From Antedon mediterranea (lineage: Eukaryota > Animalia > Echinodermata): a DNA stretch of 64,000 bases. Position 1 is the stretch's first letter. The number at the start of each line of letters is the position of its first letter. The position numbers were made by a program, and so were the translations under genes. Location of the stretch: the NCBI RefSeq assembly GCF_964355755.1, contig NC_092676.1, forward strand, positions 26,244,871-26,308,870, written 5' to 3'. A model generated the notes under the pieces. It had not been told where the DNA came from. It did no database searches and was given only the letters and a program-made list of their open reading frames with translations. This document shows positions 13,356 to 25,100 of this stretch, one piece after another.

Positions 13356-13520
13356 ATCAACTCTCCAAATACCGGACACCTCTGGGCTGGCCTAGTATGT
13401 CTGGTTTTCCGGAAAGGCTGGTATTCTGAATGTGTTTTTAATGGTGAAAATGAATTTGGGACCCTTTGGTCCTCAAGAGAAGTCTGGTTTTGGGAGAGTC
13501 TGGTATTGGGAGAGTTGACT
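13356..13520. mobile_element. MITE family C (TIR ~AGTCAACTCTCC)
   Basis: ATCAACTCTCC...GGAGAGTTGACT; inverted-orientation copy at ~30104-30259. Confidence 0.75.
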
Positions 13521-14055
13521 ACTTGCATCTGGTGTAGTTATGTTGATCATGCCATTGGTGTATTTAATTTGTATGTATATGGTATTGTCCCAATATTTTT
13601 ACAATTAATATAATCTACTTTCTACTCAGACTGGACCAGGTGTTCTGCCATCTTTTATATTCTAGAAGTGTGCACAATGTGCTGCTAGTGTTAATTATTA
13701 ATATAAAGAGCCCGGTGTTTGAGAATGAGTACACCCCCTCAAGCAATTTATCAATTATACCTGTATATTGTTTACAATATGTAAATAATTGTAGGATTAA
13801 ATATAAAGAATTGTATATTTAACAATGAAGATGTTGTGTTCTTTTGTTTCTTATTATAGGCAGCTATGATAAATGTGGTTTTTTTTCCTTTGATAGATAA
13901 TTGCAGTTGTTTTAAATCAAATAGAATATTTTGTATTCTACCTTTATTGTATTATATTAATTATAAATGTTTTTCATATTTTTAATGCTTTATGTTTGTC
14001 TTAGGATATGGTCTTTTTGGGATACTTTATTTTGTGATATGAAGTATAGTTCATT

Positions 14056-14089
14056 CATGGAGGTATAAAAATATTTTTATACCTCCATG
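14056..14089. mobile_element. Perfect 17+17-bp palindrome with 7-bp TSD (putative P-element-type footprint)
   Basis: GTTCATT-CATGGAGGTATAAAAAT|ATTTTTATACCTCCATG-GTTTATT (TSD 6/7 identical). Confidence 0.7.
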
Positions 14090-14483
14090 GTTTATTGTTC
14101 CTATATTTTTTTCCTTTTTAAATCCAATTTGGTGGGAGTTGTGTCTTACCATTTTTGTGCCAAAATATTAATCTAATTAATTCCTTGGTAAATACAGATT
14201 TATGTGATTATTATTTACAATGTATTGTAATTGACATCATCAGCAAATTAATTTAAAAGTTGCAAAACAGTAACTAAACTGTATAAACAAATATGAATTA
14301 ATTTCAGTATATTGAAACAGATTTTGATTTTATTATATTTCAGTTCATTTGTGTTTAAAATGTTAAGAAAGATAGAGTAAATAAATTGTTGATTTATTCT
14401 AGATTTTGGCCATGCTTGTTTTATTCTAATTTCTGTTTGGAAATGGAGACGTTCCATACTTGGATGGATCGTCATACCATGTC

Positions 14484-17400
14484 ATGCATGAATGGTTCGG
14501 TGGCAATCGTGTGGACGGAAACGAGATAAACATGGAACAAAAGTTTGTTGAAATTCAGGAAATTTCAGCACCGCCTGTACATTTATTCAAAGATAATTAT
14601 CTTATAAAAGGTTTGGAATGCATCCAACTGTGATTTAGCTTTTTAGCAGTTATTTATAACATATCATTCAACAGCTAGGCTAGGCCTACTAGCCCTAACC
14701 GTACCCAACCCCCACCACCACCCAAGCACTCCGTCCGACCTACCGTACATATGCATAGGCATAGACAATAATTACTGTGGGGCTTGGCCTAGAGTTTTTA
14801 AACAGAACTGAATTTATCGTTTGGGTTAAAAACCTCCTAATTAGTGTTAGGTCCGTATTATTATAATATATTTTTCCAACTTAAAATATCATATCACTAA
14901 AACTTTCACAAAATTCATATATTATTAATATTAGGCCTAATAAGAGGCCTAGGCCTATATATTAATGATATTATTATTGGATTTATAAACCTAGACACTT
15001 TTTTACATATCATAATAATTGTTGTTTATGCTTACTTTTTTTAGGAATACCATTAGTAATAACAGACGTTGCAAATAAGTGGCCATCGTACAATTGGACT
15101 CTAGACTCTCTTTGTACACGTGCAGGTGATAATGTTAGTGTTATGCGCGATTTGAACGATTTGCGCAATTTGAAATTGCGCAAAAAAAATCCTTGCGCAA
15201 TTTGAATTGAAACATGTGTTTCAAATTGCGCAAGCAACGTATTAAATTGCGCAAGTAATCTGCAAATTGCGCAAGGTTTTTCGACAGATTGTGAAATCAT
15301 GCACACCCATATTTTTATAGTAATTTCTAAGAATGATTCAAAATTAAAGATAAATATCGCATTTCCTTATTTTAGTAGTGCAAATATTGTTATAAGTTAG
15401 CATACCGTCGAAGAACCGACGAAGGAAAACGAAGCGGTGGTGTTCCACCAGGCGGGCGCGGCGCGGGCGGCCGGCTATACTACTCTAGCCTAGCTAGGGT
15501 CTGGACTACTGATACTGACTAGGTTACATGGCCTAGCTTAAACTAATATTAAAAACTTAAAAAGTGAGTATTAAACATTATCTTCATTGAAATGGTCTTA
15601 TTTATATAATAAAATACTAAATTTTAAACTCCTCTGCCTAGGCCTAGCCTAGAGCCATGTATGGGAAAATTTATAGTTCGTTTTCAAATTGCGCAAAGGT
15701 GTCATATTGCGCAAGAACTATCTTGCGCAATTTACAAATTGTGCAGCGCAATTTAAAATTGCGCAAAGATTTTCTTGCGCAATTTGAAATTGCGCAAGTT
15801 GATTGCGCAATTTGAAATTGCGCAAAAAAATCCTTGCGCAATTTAAAATTGCGCAAGAATTCTTTGCGCAATTTAAAATTGCGCAAGGATTTTTTTGCGC
15901 AATTTCAAATTGCGCAAATCTTTCAAATCGCGCATAACATTACTTTCGTCCGACAAAACACAAATTGTACAGATTATAGGGTAAATAAATATAATCAACC
16001 ATTTTTTTCAGGAAAATACTCATCAAACACTCCATACTGCCCACCATAAAACTACCAAATTTACCGAGTTACAATTTCATCTTTCCCTTGTTACCCAATG
16101 ACTGTTATTCACCCATTAATACAGTAATAAAGTGATTCATTTGAATTATTCAGGCTGGAAAAATTTACAAAATAAGGAAAAGCACCCTTCGAGAATATAT
16201 TGATGACATCAGAGCTGAGAATAGTCGGTCAATTAATTCATACCTAGCGGTACAGAACATCAAGAAAGCATTTCCTCAAATTCAGGTAAAGTATACGTAA
16301 TGAGATAATGCCCGGGAGAGGTGCGCCATGGATGCATCAATTTACAAATAATTATTACAAAAAACCTAGATTGTACATCACATCAATGAATAATAGTGTC
16401 AATGTCCGTCATTTTACCACCCACCATATCATGAACAACATTATCACAATGCGTCAAAATGGGTGCGTCATGATCACATAAATGTAATTCACTTTTTTAC
16501 GCAGGGGTGTGTCGCCTATTCATAAGGTATAACACACATCGGACAAATGACACCTCCCGGGGGTCGTATAGTGGGTCATAAAATTGACAAGTGAGTGTTG
16601 TATCATTTGAAACAATAAATTGTAAATTAATTCTGGTTTATTAACAGGAAGATGTACCAATTCCAGGATATGTCAGTAAGGTTCATGGGGGCCCCTTCAT
16701 GTGGATTGCGAGAAAAGGACACTATGGTAATAGAGCAAGTTTATTTTTTTTTTAAACAAAATGATTACTGTACTAGCATTATTAGATTCTGCAGTAATAT
16801 TTAATTTAAATTTAAACTAAGTGTACTTAATTTACTTGTTTTTACATTTCAAAGAGTATTGTCATTTCGATCCTGACGATGGGATGTTGGTGATGCTTAA
16901 AGGTTGTAAGCGAGTGAAACTCTTTGGCTGTGACCTTTCAACTATGTACCCAAATGATTTAGGGTCAAAGGGAAAGACTATACAGGCTCAGGTTAATTGT
17001 AATGACCCTGATTTTAAAGTTCATCCAAATTTTTGCAATGCTGTTTGCTATGAATGTGTTTTGAAGCCAGGACAAATGTAAGTAAAATATGTCTGGTAGT
17101 CATAATCATGATTTATGTACATTAGAACCCTATTAAATATTGACAACTTTTGGACCCAACAAAGTATCTCCTTAATTGAGGTGTTCCCCTGAATAGAAGT
17201 ATCCCTTGGATAGGGGATGTTATGTTGAAACATACCTGCATTGCCCCTTGTTCTAGGTAGGAATATTTGTCTCTGTATTTTTTCTTGCAGGTTATTCATT
17301 CCAGCATTCTGGTGGCATCAGGTGACATCACTTGATGTCTGTATCTCTGTCAACTACTTCTTTGGCGATTCGGGAGAAAATATTTATCTTACAAAAATAA

Positions 17401-17873
17401 TGGTTAGTTAATCATCTAAGCTATTAATTCAGTCTTTGTTAACTTTTTAACATAAAAATACTATTTTTCATCTACATTTTAAGCTACACCGTATTAAATC
17501 ATTTGTCGGGATCTGAACCACGGACTTTGGTTCTGGTAAGCAAGCATGTAAACCACCAAGCCACAGTACCACTAACAAAACTATTATTCCATTTCAGAAA
17601 CCACCACAATGGGGTGCCTTCTCTTATTGGCTTTTAAATATTGTTGAGCAAAACAGAGATTTTGAATCTTTTCAACGTGTTTTGGCAAATCTTTCTGAGT
17701 CAATTCCAGCATTCTTTATGAAGATCTGGCACGAGATCCCTACAGAGGAACAAGTAAAAAAACTAGTAATACTGATTATGAACTATTTAGAAATCACTGA
17801 ATTACCGAAGGAAACGATTAAATTAAAAAATCCTCCGTTGTTGAAAATCAGAGGTTTGTTATGGCGATCATGA
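14484..17873 (+). CDS. JmjC / cupin-8 domain 2-oxoglutarate Fe(II) oxygenase (JMJD5/TYW5/FIH-like, ~359 aa); this allele is interrupted by a transposon
   Basis: Exons 14484 (or 14532)-14610, 15045-15137 + 15943-15980, 16154-16285, 16648-16726, 16855-17077, 17291-17402, 17598-17873. Motifs GIPLVITDVANKWP, YLAVQNI, CHFDPDD (HxD), GCKRVKLF, LKPGQMLFIPAFWWHQV (distal His), ISVNYFF. Confidence 0.85.
15138..15940. mobile_element. Non-autonomous TIR element inserted inside a JmjC coding exon
   Basis: TIR TGTTATGCGCGATTTGAA / TTCAAATCGCGCATAACA with a T(T)A duplication (15135-15137 and 15940-15942). Subterminal arrays of the palindrome TTGCGCAATTTGAAATTGCGCAA. Removing 15138-15942 restores AGDNVTFVRQNTNCTDYR. 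Confidence 0.9.
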
Positions 17874-19134
17874 TAAATGTTTTATAAATCAAAGTTGAAT
17901 CAACTCTGGTGATATTTATGTCACTTCTTATAATGAAATGGAAGGATATTGCAATAGGTAGGTGCAATAAAATTAGAGATCCTCATTGAGAAGAAAGTAG
18001 AACCTGTTCCAGGAGAATCGCAAGTTTTAATGTACAGTATATCTTAAATCTTTAAAAAAAATTCAATCGTTCTTTGTTTGTGCAAGGAACTCTAACAACA
18101 GGACACTGAGCTCGCCTTGCCAAGATAGGAACTCATAACAGTCCTTTGATCTTATGTCTGGCTGCGACAAAAACCAACACTACTAAACTATGTACATGTT
18201 CTTTGCGGCAAGCAGTGTTTGTTATAGAGCATTGAACTGATTGTGTCGCAGCCACAGATACACCCTTTGATCTCCGGAGCTAAGCATCATGTTGTTACAT
18301 TTCCTTGGTTCATGTGCTTCCATTTGTAGATACTATTCATTTTTAATATGTATATATAAATTATATAAATAAAATAAATATTTTTACAGTATAAACATTT
18401 ACTCATAAATTGTGAATGTAAACACAGGAACATAATTTGTATTCATATATTTCTTTTATTGATTACTTGCAGACATATGGCATGCTACACGGGCATAAAA
18501 TAAATAAAAATTATATCATATTGACAAATAAAACTGTATATTTGAATTTAAAATAATGAAATTACTTTCCATGATTTGACTGTATGCTTGACTATGCTTT
18601 ATTCTCGTCATAAACACATCAAGCCTGTTTATGTAGTTGTTTGAAAGACAGCTCCAAAAAGTACATGTGCAGTTTATTTAACGCATAGTATACAGTACAG
18701 ACAATTGGTTTTTGAAGATGTACTTTGGTATGAAACATGGCAATTTGGTGTAAAGCTCCATCTACACTATCAAACTAGTTTGACAAAAAAAGTGTGATGT
18801 GGTCAAATATGGTAGTGATATGACATCATCTTGTCCATATATGGGCACATCACATAAAGTTTGATAGTGTAGACAAGGCTTAAGTCATGCAGGCTACCAG
18901 CACCAAAGTGTATTGGCATTACACTATTAACATCTTGTTTTAAGTTGTTCAAGAGAGAAGAAAAACACTAGGTTAACACTGCCAAGACTCTATTGCACTC
19001 AAGGAAATAGTATGTATAAATGTGGGTCATTAGTCCAATGTCAATACTATCTGTCGGTTTTAATTGGTCTCACCATAGAGGTATACCTCCATGCTTTCAT
19101 AACAAATGTGCAGTAACTATCTCCTTGAGAATTG

Positions 19135-22100
19135 TTATGGTTGAACTACATTTACAGTGCTCTCATTGTTCTCTGGTAACACATGTACCTGCATGGCATG
19201 GCTCTTTAGATACACCTGTCCAAGAGGAAACGGTTGGAGTGACGGTAACTTTTGATTGCTGCTGTCGGGCGTGTCAAACTTGTCGTCCTCTATTGACGAG
19301 TTGTTATCTATGTTGGTCATCGTTAGTTTGGTCACTGGTAGTGTATCTGCAACAAGTGGAAACAAAATATTAGTATTTTATTTTTATGGAGACTTCAATT
19401 TATACATTTTCAAGATTATTTCCTCATTTCAAAATTGCTTCAAATTAAACAACTCATCAGTAAATGTTGAAAATAATGTAATATACTATTAAGCTCTGTT
19501 AAACTTTATGCAACAAAAAAACGTGATGTGCCTGTATGAAACTGGACAGTGGTCTTGCACGCCACCCGATGAACGTCTTTGTAAATGCGGCAAAGTGCTG
19601 ACCGAGCTTCACGCATTATGTGAATGCCCATTTACTGCACACATACGCCAAACTTATAATATACATTGTCATAGCCTTGTGTTTTTATTCTCTATTGAAC
19701 CTTTATTACTGTCAAAATTTGTTTTTGAAGTTCTTAAAGTTATTGAAAATATTATTTAAGTTGTTATTGCTATTTTCATGCTTGTATCGCCTACTATTTG
19801 TATGCCATGTTGGACACTGTTATCCCCAGTTGTCAATAAAAGATAACAATAATATGTACAGTATGGACATGATGATGTCAAATCACTACCATATTTGTTA
19901 TTTATTTATACGGGTAATCTCTTCAGTCAAAGACTGGTCTCTCAGATCAGTTGCTATATGTGTACTAGTGTAGACAGAGATTTAGATCCTGTGAATTCTT
20001 ACAGGAGTTCTCACATAGAGTGGTGTACTATGCATTATATAAATCAATCAACTTCATATCTAGGTATGCAGTAAAGTTCTTACCTTCACTTGTATCCTGT
20101 TGTATATACCTACTTAGCTTCACGCCGGGTAGTGGTAAGTATCCAGCAGTTAGTGGTATCACTTGCAACGAAAGCTCCGTCAAATTCTTCTCTATTGTAA
20201 GAAGCCCGTTATTTTTCCCGCATACAGCCCACATATTTGAATCCGTGACCAACTCGTACATGAGGGGAACGTCCTTTTGTACTGAATCATCGGTCACTTG
20301 AATGTTGAGTTGTAGATCGCAGAGTTTTCCGGCACGGCACATTGGATCGCTGTTGCTTGGAGAAACGGTAGAACTGATGATGTATTGCGTCTGAAATAAA
20401 ATAGAAGTAATACTTATTTCCAAATTTACGGTTAGAGGAAAAATGTGGTCATGTTACAAGAGTTGTCAAAACAATATAGATTATCTGATAAAAATCCTAG
20501 AAAGTAGGAAACCTTTTGCCATTTTCCCCTGACTGTTTAGCCTAAATGAGAGGGCGAGATTATACTCGAGCATGGAATTATACTCTATATCTTAGATATG
20601 ACGTATGCCTTTATGTGTAAAGCTCTAAAACTAGTTTGATAAAAAAATGTGATGTGTCCAAATAAGGTAGTGATATTGTCAAACATGTCCATATATGACC
20701 ACATTACATTTTTTTGTCACATAAAGTTTGATAGTGTGGACAAGGCTTTAGAAAGAATTACGTGAACATACTGTGAATTCCTGTAACGTAAAGTTGTACA
20801 TGTGAACTTGATGCATGTCTATCGGCGGTGTTGGGTATATAAGCTCGTACTTAATTGTAAACTGGCACTGCAGAGAATCTGGTAGTGTGTCATCGGAGAC
20901 GAGTGTCCACATGTACGACATTGTGCAAGATGGTAGCAACACCTACGATAAATAAAAAAGAGAATTAGCATGACTTCGGTAAACTAATTTTCTTGCTCTG
21001 GTGATCTTATCTTATAAAGAGAAGAAATAATCAAACCTTTTCCACTGGCTGGTGTAGATGTTGCAAGGTGATATTTGATTGGTTAGGAGAATTAAGCGCT
21101 GGATCAGTTAAGCGGAACTTTGCGTGGCATACATTTTCTATAGATACTTGAATGAACTTTCTGTTATAAAAGTAAAAATAAAATAAAATAAATAAAGCAA
21201 TGAAAAAATGACAATGCTGTGGGTATCAGTGGCTGGATCTCAATAGAGATACAAAATAAAATATGCAAAAACCTAATTCAAATTAAAATAGCCAGACAAA
21301 TTTTCAGAGCTTTCGGGCAACACTAGCCCTTTATCATCAGTGCAATAAGGTAAGATAAATAAACATTTTGGATCAATAAATAAGGCTAAATTGTTGGTAG
21401 GTACCTTTTGCCCGCTGTTCTTAGGTTATGACTTATCTTGAATGGTTGTTGGAAATTTAAGGTGGATACAACAGTTTCAGCCCATGGACACCATAACGTC
21501 ATCTATATAGAAATAAAGGATAAAGAAGCAGTACACATATTATAATATTATAAATACCATATTTTTCCAAGACTCTCATTCTTAATTTTTCAGAAAAAAT
21601 TTCTATTAATAGTTACCTTTTGTTCCAGTTGGTTTGTTTCCTCATCATTGTCTCCTCCTACGGATGTTAGAGGCGCCCTCACCATCATTATAAGCTCCGT
21701 ATCGTTATACGCATCTGTCTCAGGTAGATTGATATCAGCGCCCTTGCTACATGGTATGATGCTATACGTTGACTCTTTCTTATTAAGTATCTCTAGTTGA
21801 CCAATCGTCTGGATGGAAATTGCATCACCTGACTTGATATTGTAATACCCTGTAGAGATGAAAACCTTAAGATCCTGGGGAACTCCTGCCAACAGAGGGT
21901 GACCTGAAAAGAGTTATGCAGTTGAAGTTCATGCGACACCAAATTTTGATAATTTTTCTTCTTTTTTTTCATTATGATTGAATAAAGTTACTAAGATATA
22001 TCAAAAAGTTTCAATAGTATGTCACTTACTATTATTTCCAGCAACAATGACCTTTGGCTCCTGTGTGTTCACTAAGAACCTTGTGTCAAAGGTCAATTTT

Positions 22101-25100
22101 GGTAGTAGGAACTCCAGACCTTTGATTTTCATCCATAACTGCTGACCCTCTATCATTCCATTCTCTTTCGCCTAAGATAATAAATTTAGACAAAGATTTA
22201 TCTATCAACCTAATAGAAAACCTGATGTTTATAATGCATTGAATTTATTTATATTTAGGCCTATATCTTAATTTACTCACTTTTATTTGTTCTTGTGATT
22301 TATAAATGCACTTTTTTATATACTTTTTTATCCTGATTTAATTTTTATATTTGTATGTATTACCATGTAATTTAGCTTTTGGCTGCGATTTTTATATCAA
22401 ATAAATTGAAATGAAAAAAAAAAAGTTAAAAAATCACGTACTTCAAATTTAAACTCCATGTTGTTTATTCCTGGTTCTAAAACTGTATTCTGATGTTCAA
22501 TGTTAATTTTATACTCTTTACATTGTAGATCCAATTCCTTAAGCACCAGTGACGAGGTGCTATCCTCTCGTTGCAACGCCTTCTGAGCGTTAACGCACAA
22601 AAAACTACTGGCTTCTACCGCTTCCTTGCCTTCCGACAACCGAACCTCTTCCTCGAAAGCAAAAGGTTCACGTTTTGACGATGATACCATCCCAGGGAGT
22701 GGCGTCTGTGGCGATGGTGTGTTATCAACCTGCTCCGAGCTTAAGGAGATCACGGTTTGATCAATGGTAACTGGTTTTGGAAAACCGCTCTTGATGCAAA
22801 CGGTGATGGATCCTTCTTGGCCATGTGTTAATCTGCCATCAGAGGGGGTGATGCCCATTGATTCAATAGTAAAAACTTGTTCCAGTGCAACTTTGTTATT
22901 TTCTGAAATAAAACAATATTTCATACATTATGATAAATTTAGTATGAAGTGTTACAGTTTATTAGTTGCTTCTTCTTCTTTGTCCCTTTAATTGAACCAC
23001 TGACAAATAGGAGAGAATTCTGCACCTTAAACGTAAACTTTTCTTTGTAATTATTAATGCTAGGCGCTCTGTTCTTTGTAGGCCGCCATACAAAAATAAA
23101 TAGAAAAAAACAACATAGAACAGAATACTTCCACCACTATTAATACCACCACCATGAGTGATTACCACCACTATTAATACCACCACCATGAGTGATTACC
23201 ACCACTATTAGTACCACCACCATGAGTGATTACCACCACTATTAATACCACCACCATGAGTGATTACCACCACTATTAATACCACCACCATGAGTGATTA
23301 CCACCACTATTAATACCACCACCATGAGTGATTACCACCACTATTAATACCACCACCATGAGTGATTACCACCAGTACAATACCACCACCACCTTTGCTA
23401 AATTCTAGTGTACTACCCCTTTAATATAATATATAGTTACCATTCCCTTCCTCCTCTACACACTTAACTACTTTAACAGACTTAATGCATCTCTTTTTAT
23501 GATATGTAACAAACATGTGTCATGAAAATTTTAATTAAAAATAAATAACAACACCGTTGTTGATTGTCTTTGCGTACTCAGGGACACCCTGGTGCACTAT
23601 TGCTGTTTGACTGCAAAATACAACTTTTTGTTGTTTATTGATTTTCCACAACTAATAGATATATTTCTTTATAAATCAAAATGCAATTTTAAAATACCAA
23701 TTATTTTTAGTAAATAGGCTTTAAAAAGTTATATTACGAGGCCTGTCAATGTGCATACATAGTGTAAAAGTTCCACCCATATTTAGACCACATTACGATT
23801 CTTAAATATCCCTACCTGAATTTTCAGTCTCATTTATCTCTTCAGCAGCGACCATCATTTCATTAAAAAAATGATCTTTGTCTTCTTTTGAAATCTCTTC
23901 TTCACTTGCAAGAATAGCACAGGACTTCATATATGTGAGATGAAGTTAAGGGAAATTCTAATTGCTTCCAGGCCTAGGAAGTTTTTGTAGAAAGCTCTCA
24001 AGTTTTTTCACGAAAGAATTTATCTAATGAGCTTAGGAATAAAAGGATATTTGTTGGTATTTCCCATGCTCTTTTGACAAGTTGCTAATTCTTTTCTTGT
24101 ATCAACTTCTATTTTTTTCCAGCCTTCTTTCACATAGATCTTCAACGCATCTGATAGGAAACCCTCTGCTTTTGCTGTTTCACCCCTCTTCCTGATAAAA
24201 TTAACAAATTGAATAACGTTTATACCTTTTATATAAGGCACTTTTATCATTAATTGTTGTTTTTGTATTTGGTTAAAATATAAACGATACTTACATGTAA
24301 AAAGCTGCAAGATTCTTTCCCATCATTTTTGCCGAGCGTTGCCTGCCAATATGTTTGAAAGTGCCCATCGCAATTTCAGAAAGTTCCTAACAAAATATTA
24401 AAGATAATTGTCAGGATAAAACAGTTGTTCCGGCCAAAACTTAAACTCTTATAAATAAAACTAGAAAGTTCCTAATAAAGTGGCAAAGATTGAACATCTG
24501 TGAGGTTAAAAACAGTTTTTCTTATAAACATGCTCTAACACTAGACCACTGGCTCCATCATCTATGTTCAAGAACGATTGGACAGCATAATATATTTTTA
24601 TTGTTTTGTGAAGTAACTTACTAAGTAGGTTTTCTGAAAAGCTTCCTTAGAACTTAGTGCTTCTCTTAACTTCTGCTGTGAGTTGTAGCTCTTAGGCTGG
24701 AGTGGTTGGACATGTCCCATGCCAGACAGCAGCTCAACAACCATATTCAGTTGCTCCGATGTGGGTTCTGTATCAGGCATCAAACCGCATAGTAGGCCTA
24801 GCTGATGCAACTAAATCAAACATAAAGCAAAAACTTGTTTAAAGGCATGTTTACATAGACAAGCGGTAACGGTTAATATAGAATCTATGTTGTTCCTTAT
24901 GAGACTTTACACAAAACGCGGAGCGCACAGGTGGATACAGTTTCTAAATGGGACAAGGAAAGTGGTCATCCGTTTACCGTTACCGCTCGTCTGTGTAAAT
25001 TAACCTCAAAGATTACTTTAAAGAAAACAGTTTTGTATAGATTTTTTAAATGATATAAAGCTCTTTTTTTACCTTACTCTGAGCATAGGCTCGTAGGCTT

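Noticed and set aside
15671-16049. Repetitive ORFs (LRNFKLRK / FAQFQIAQ)
   Set aside because: These are translations of the palindromic subterminal repeats of the inserted element, not proteins.
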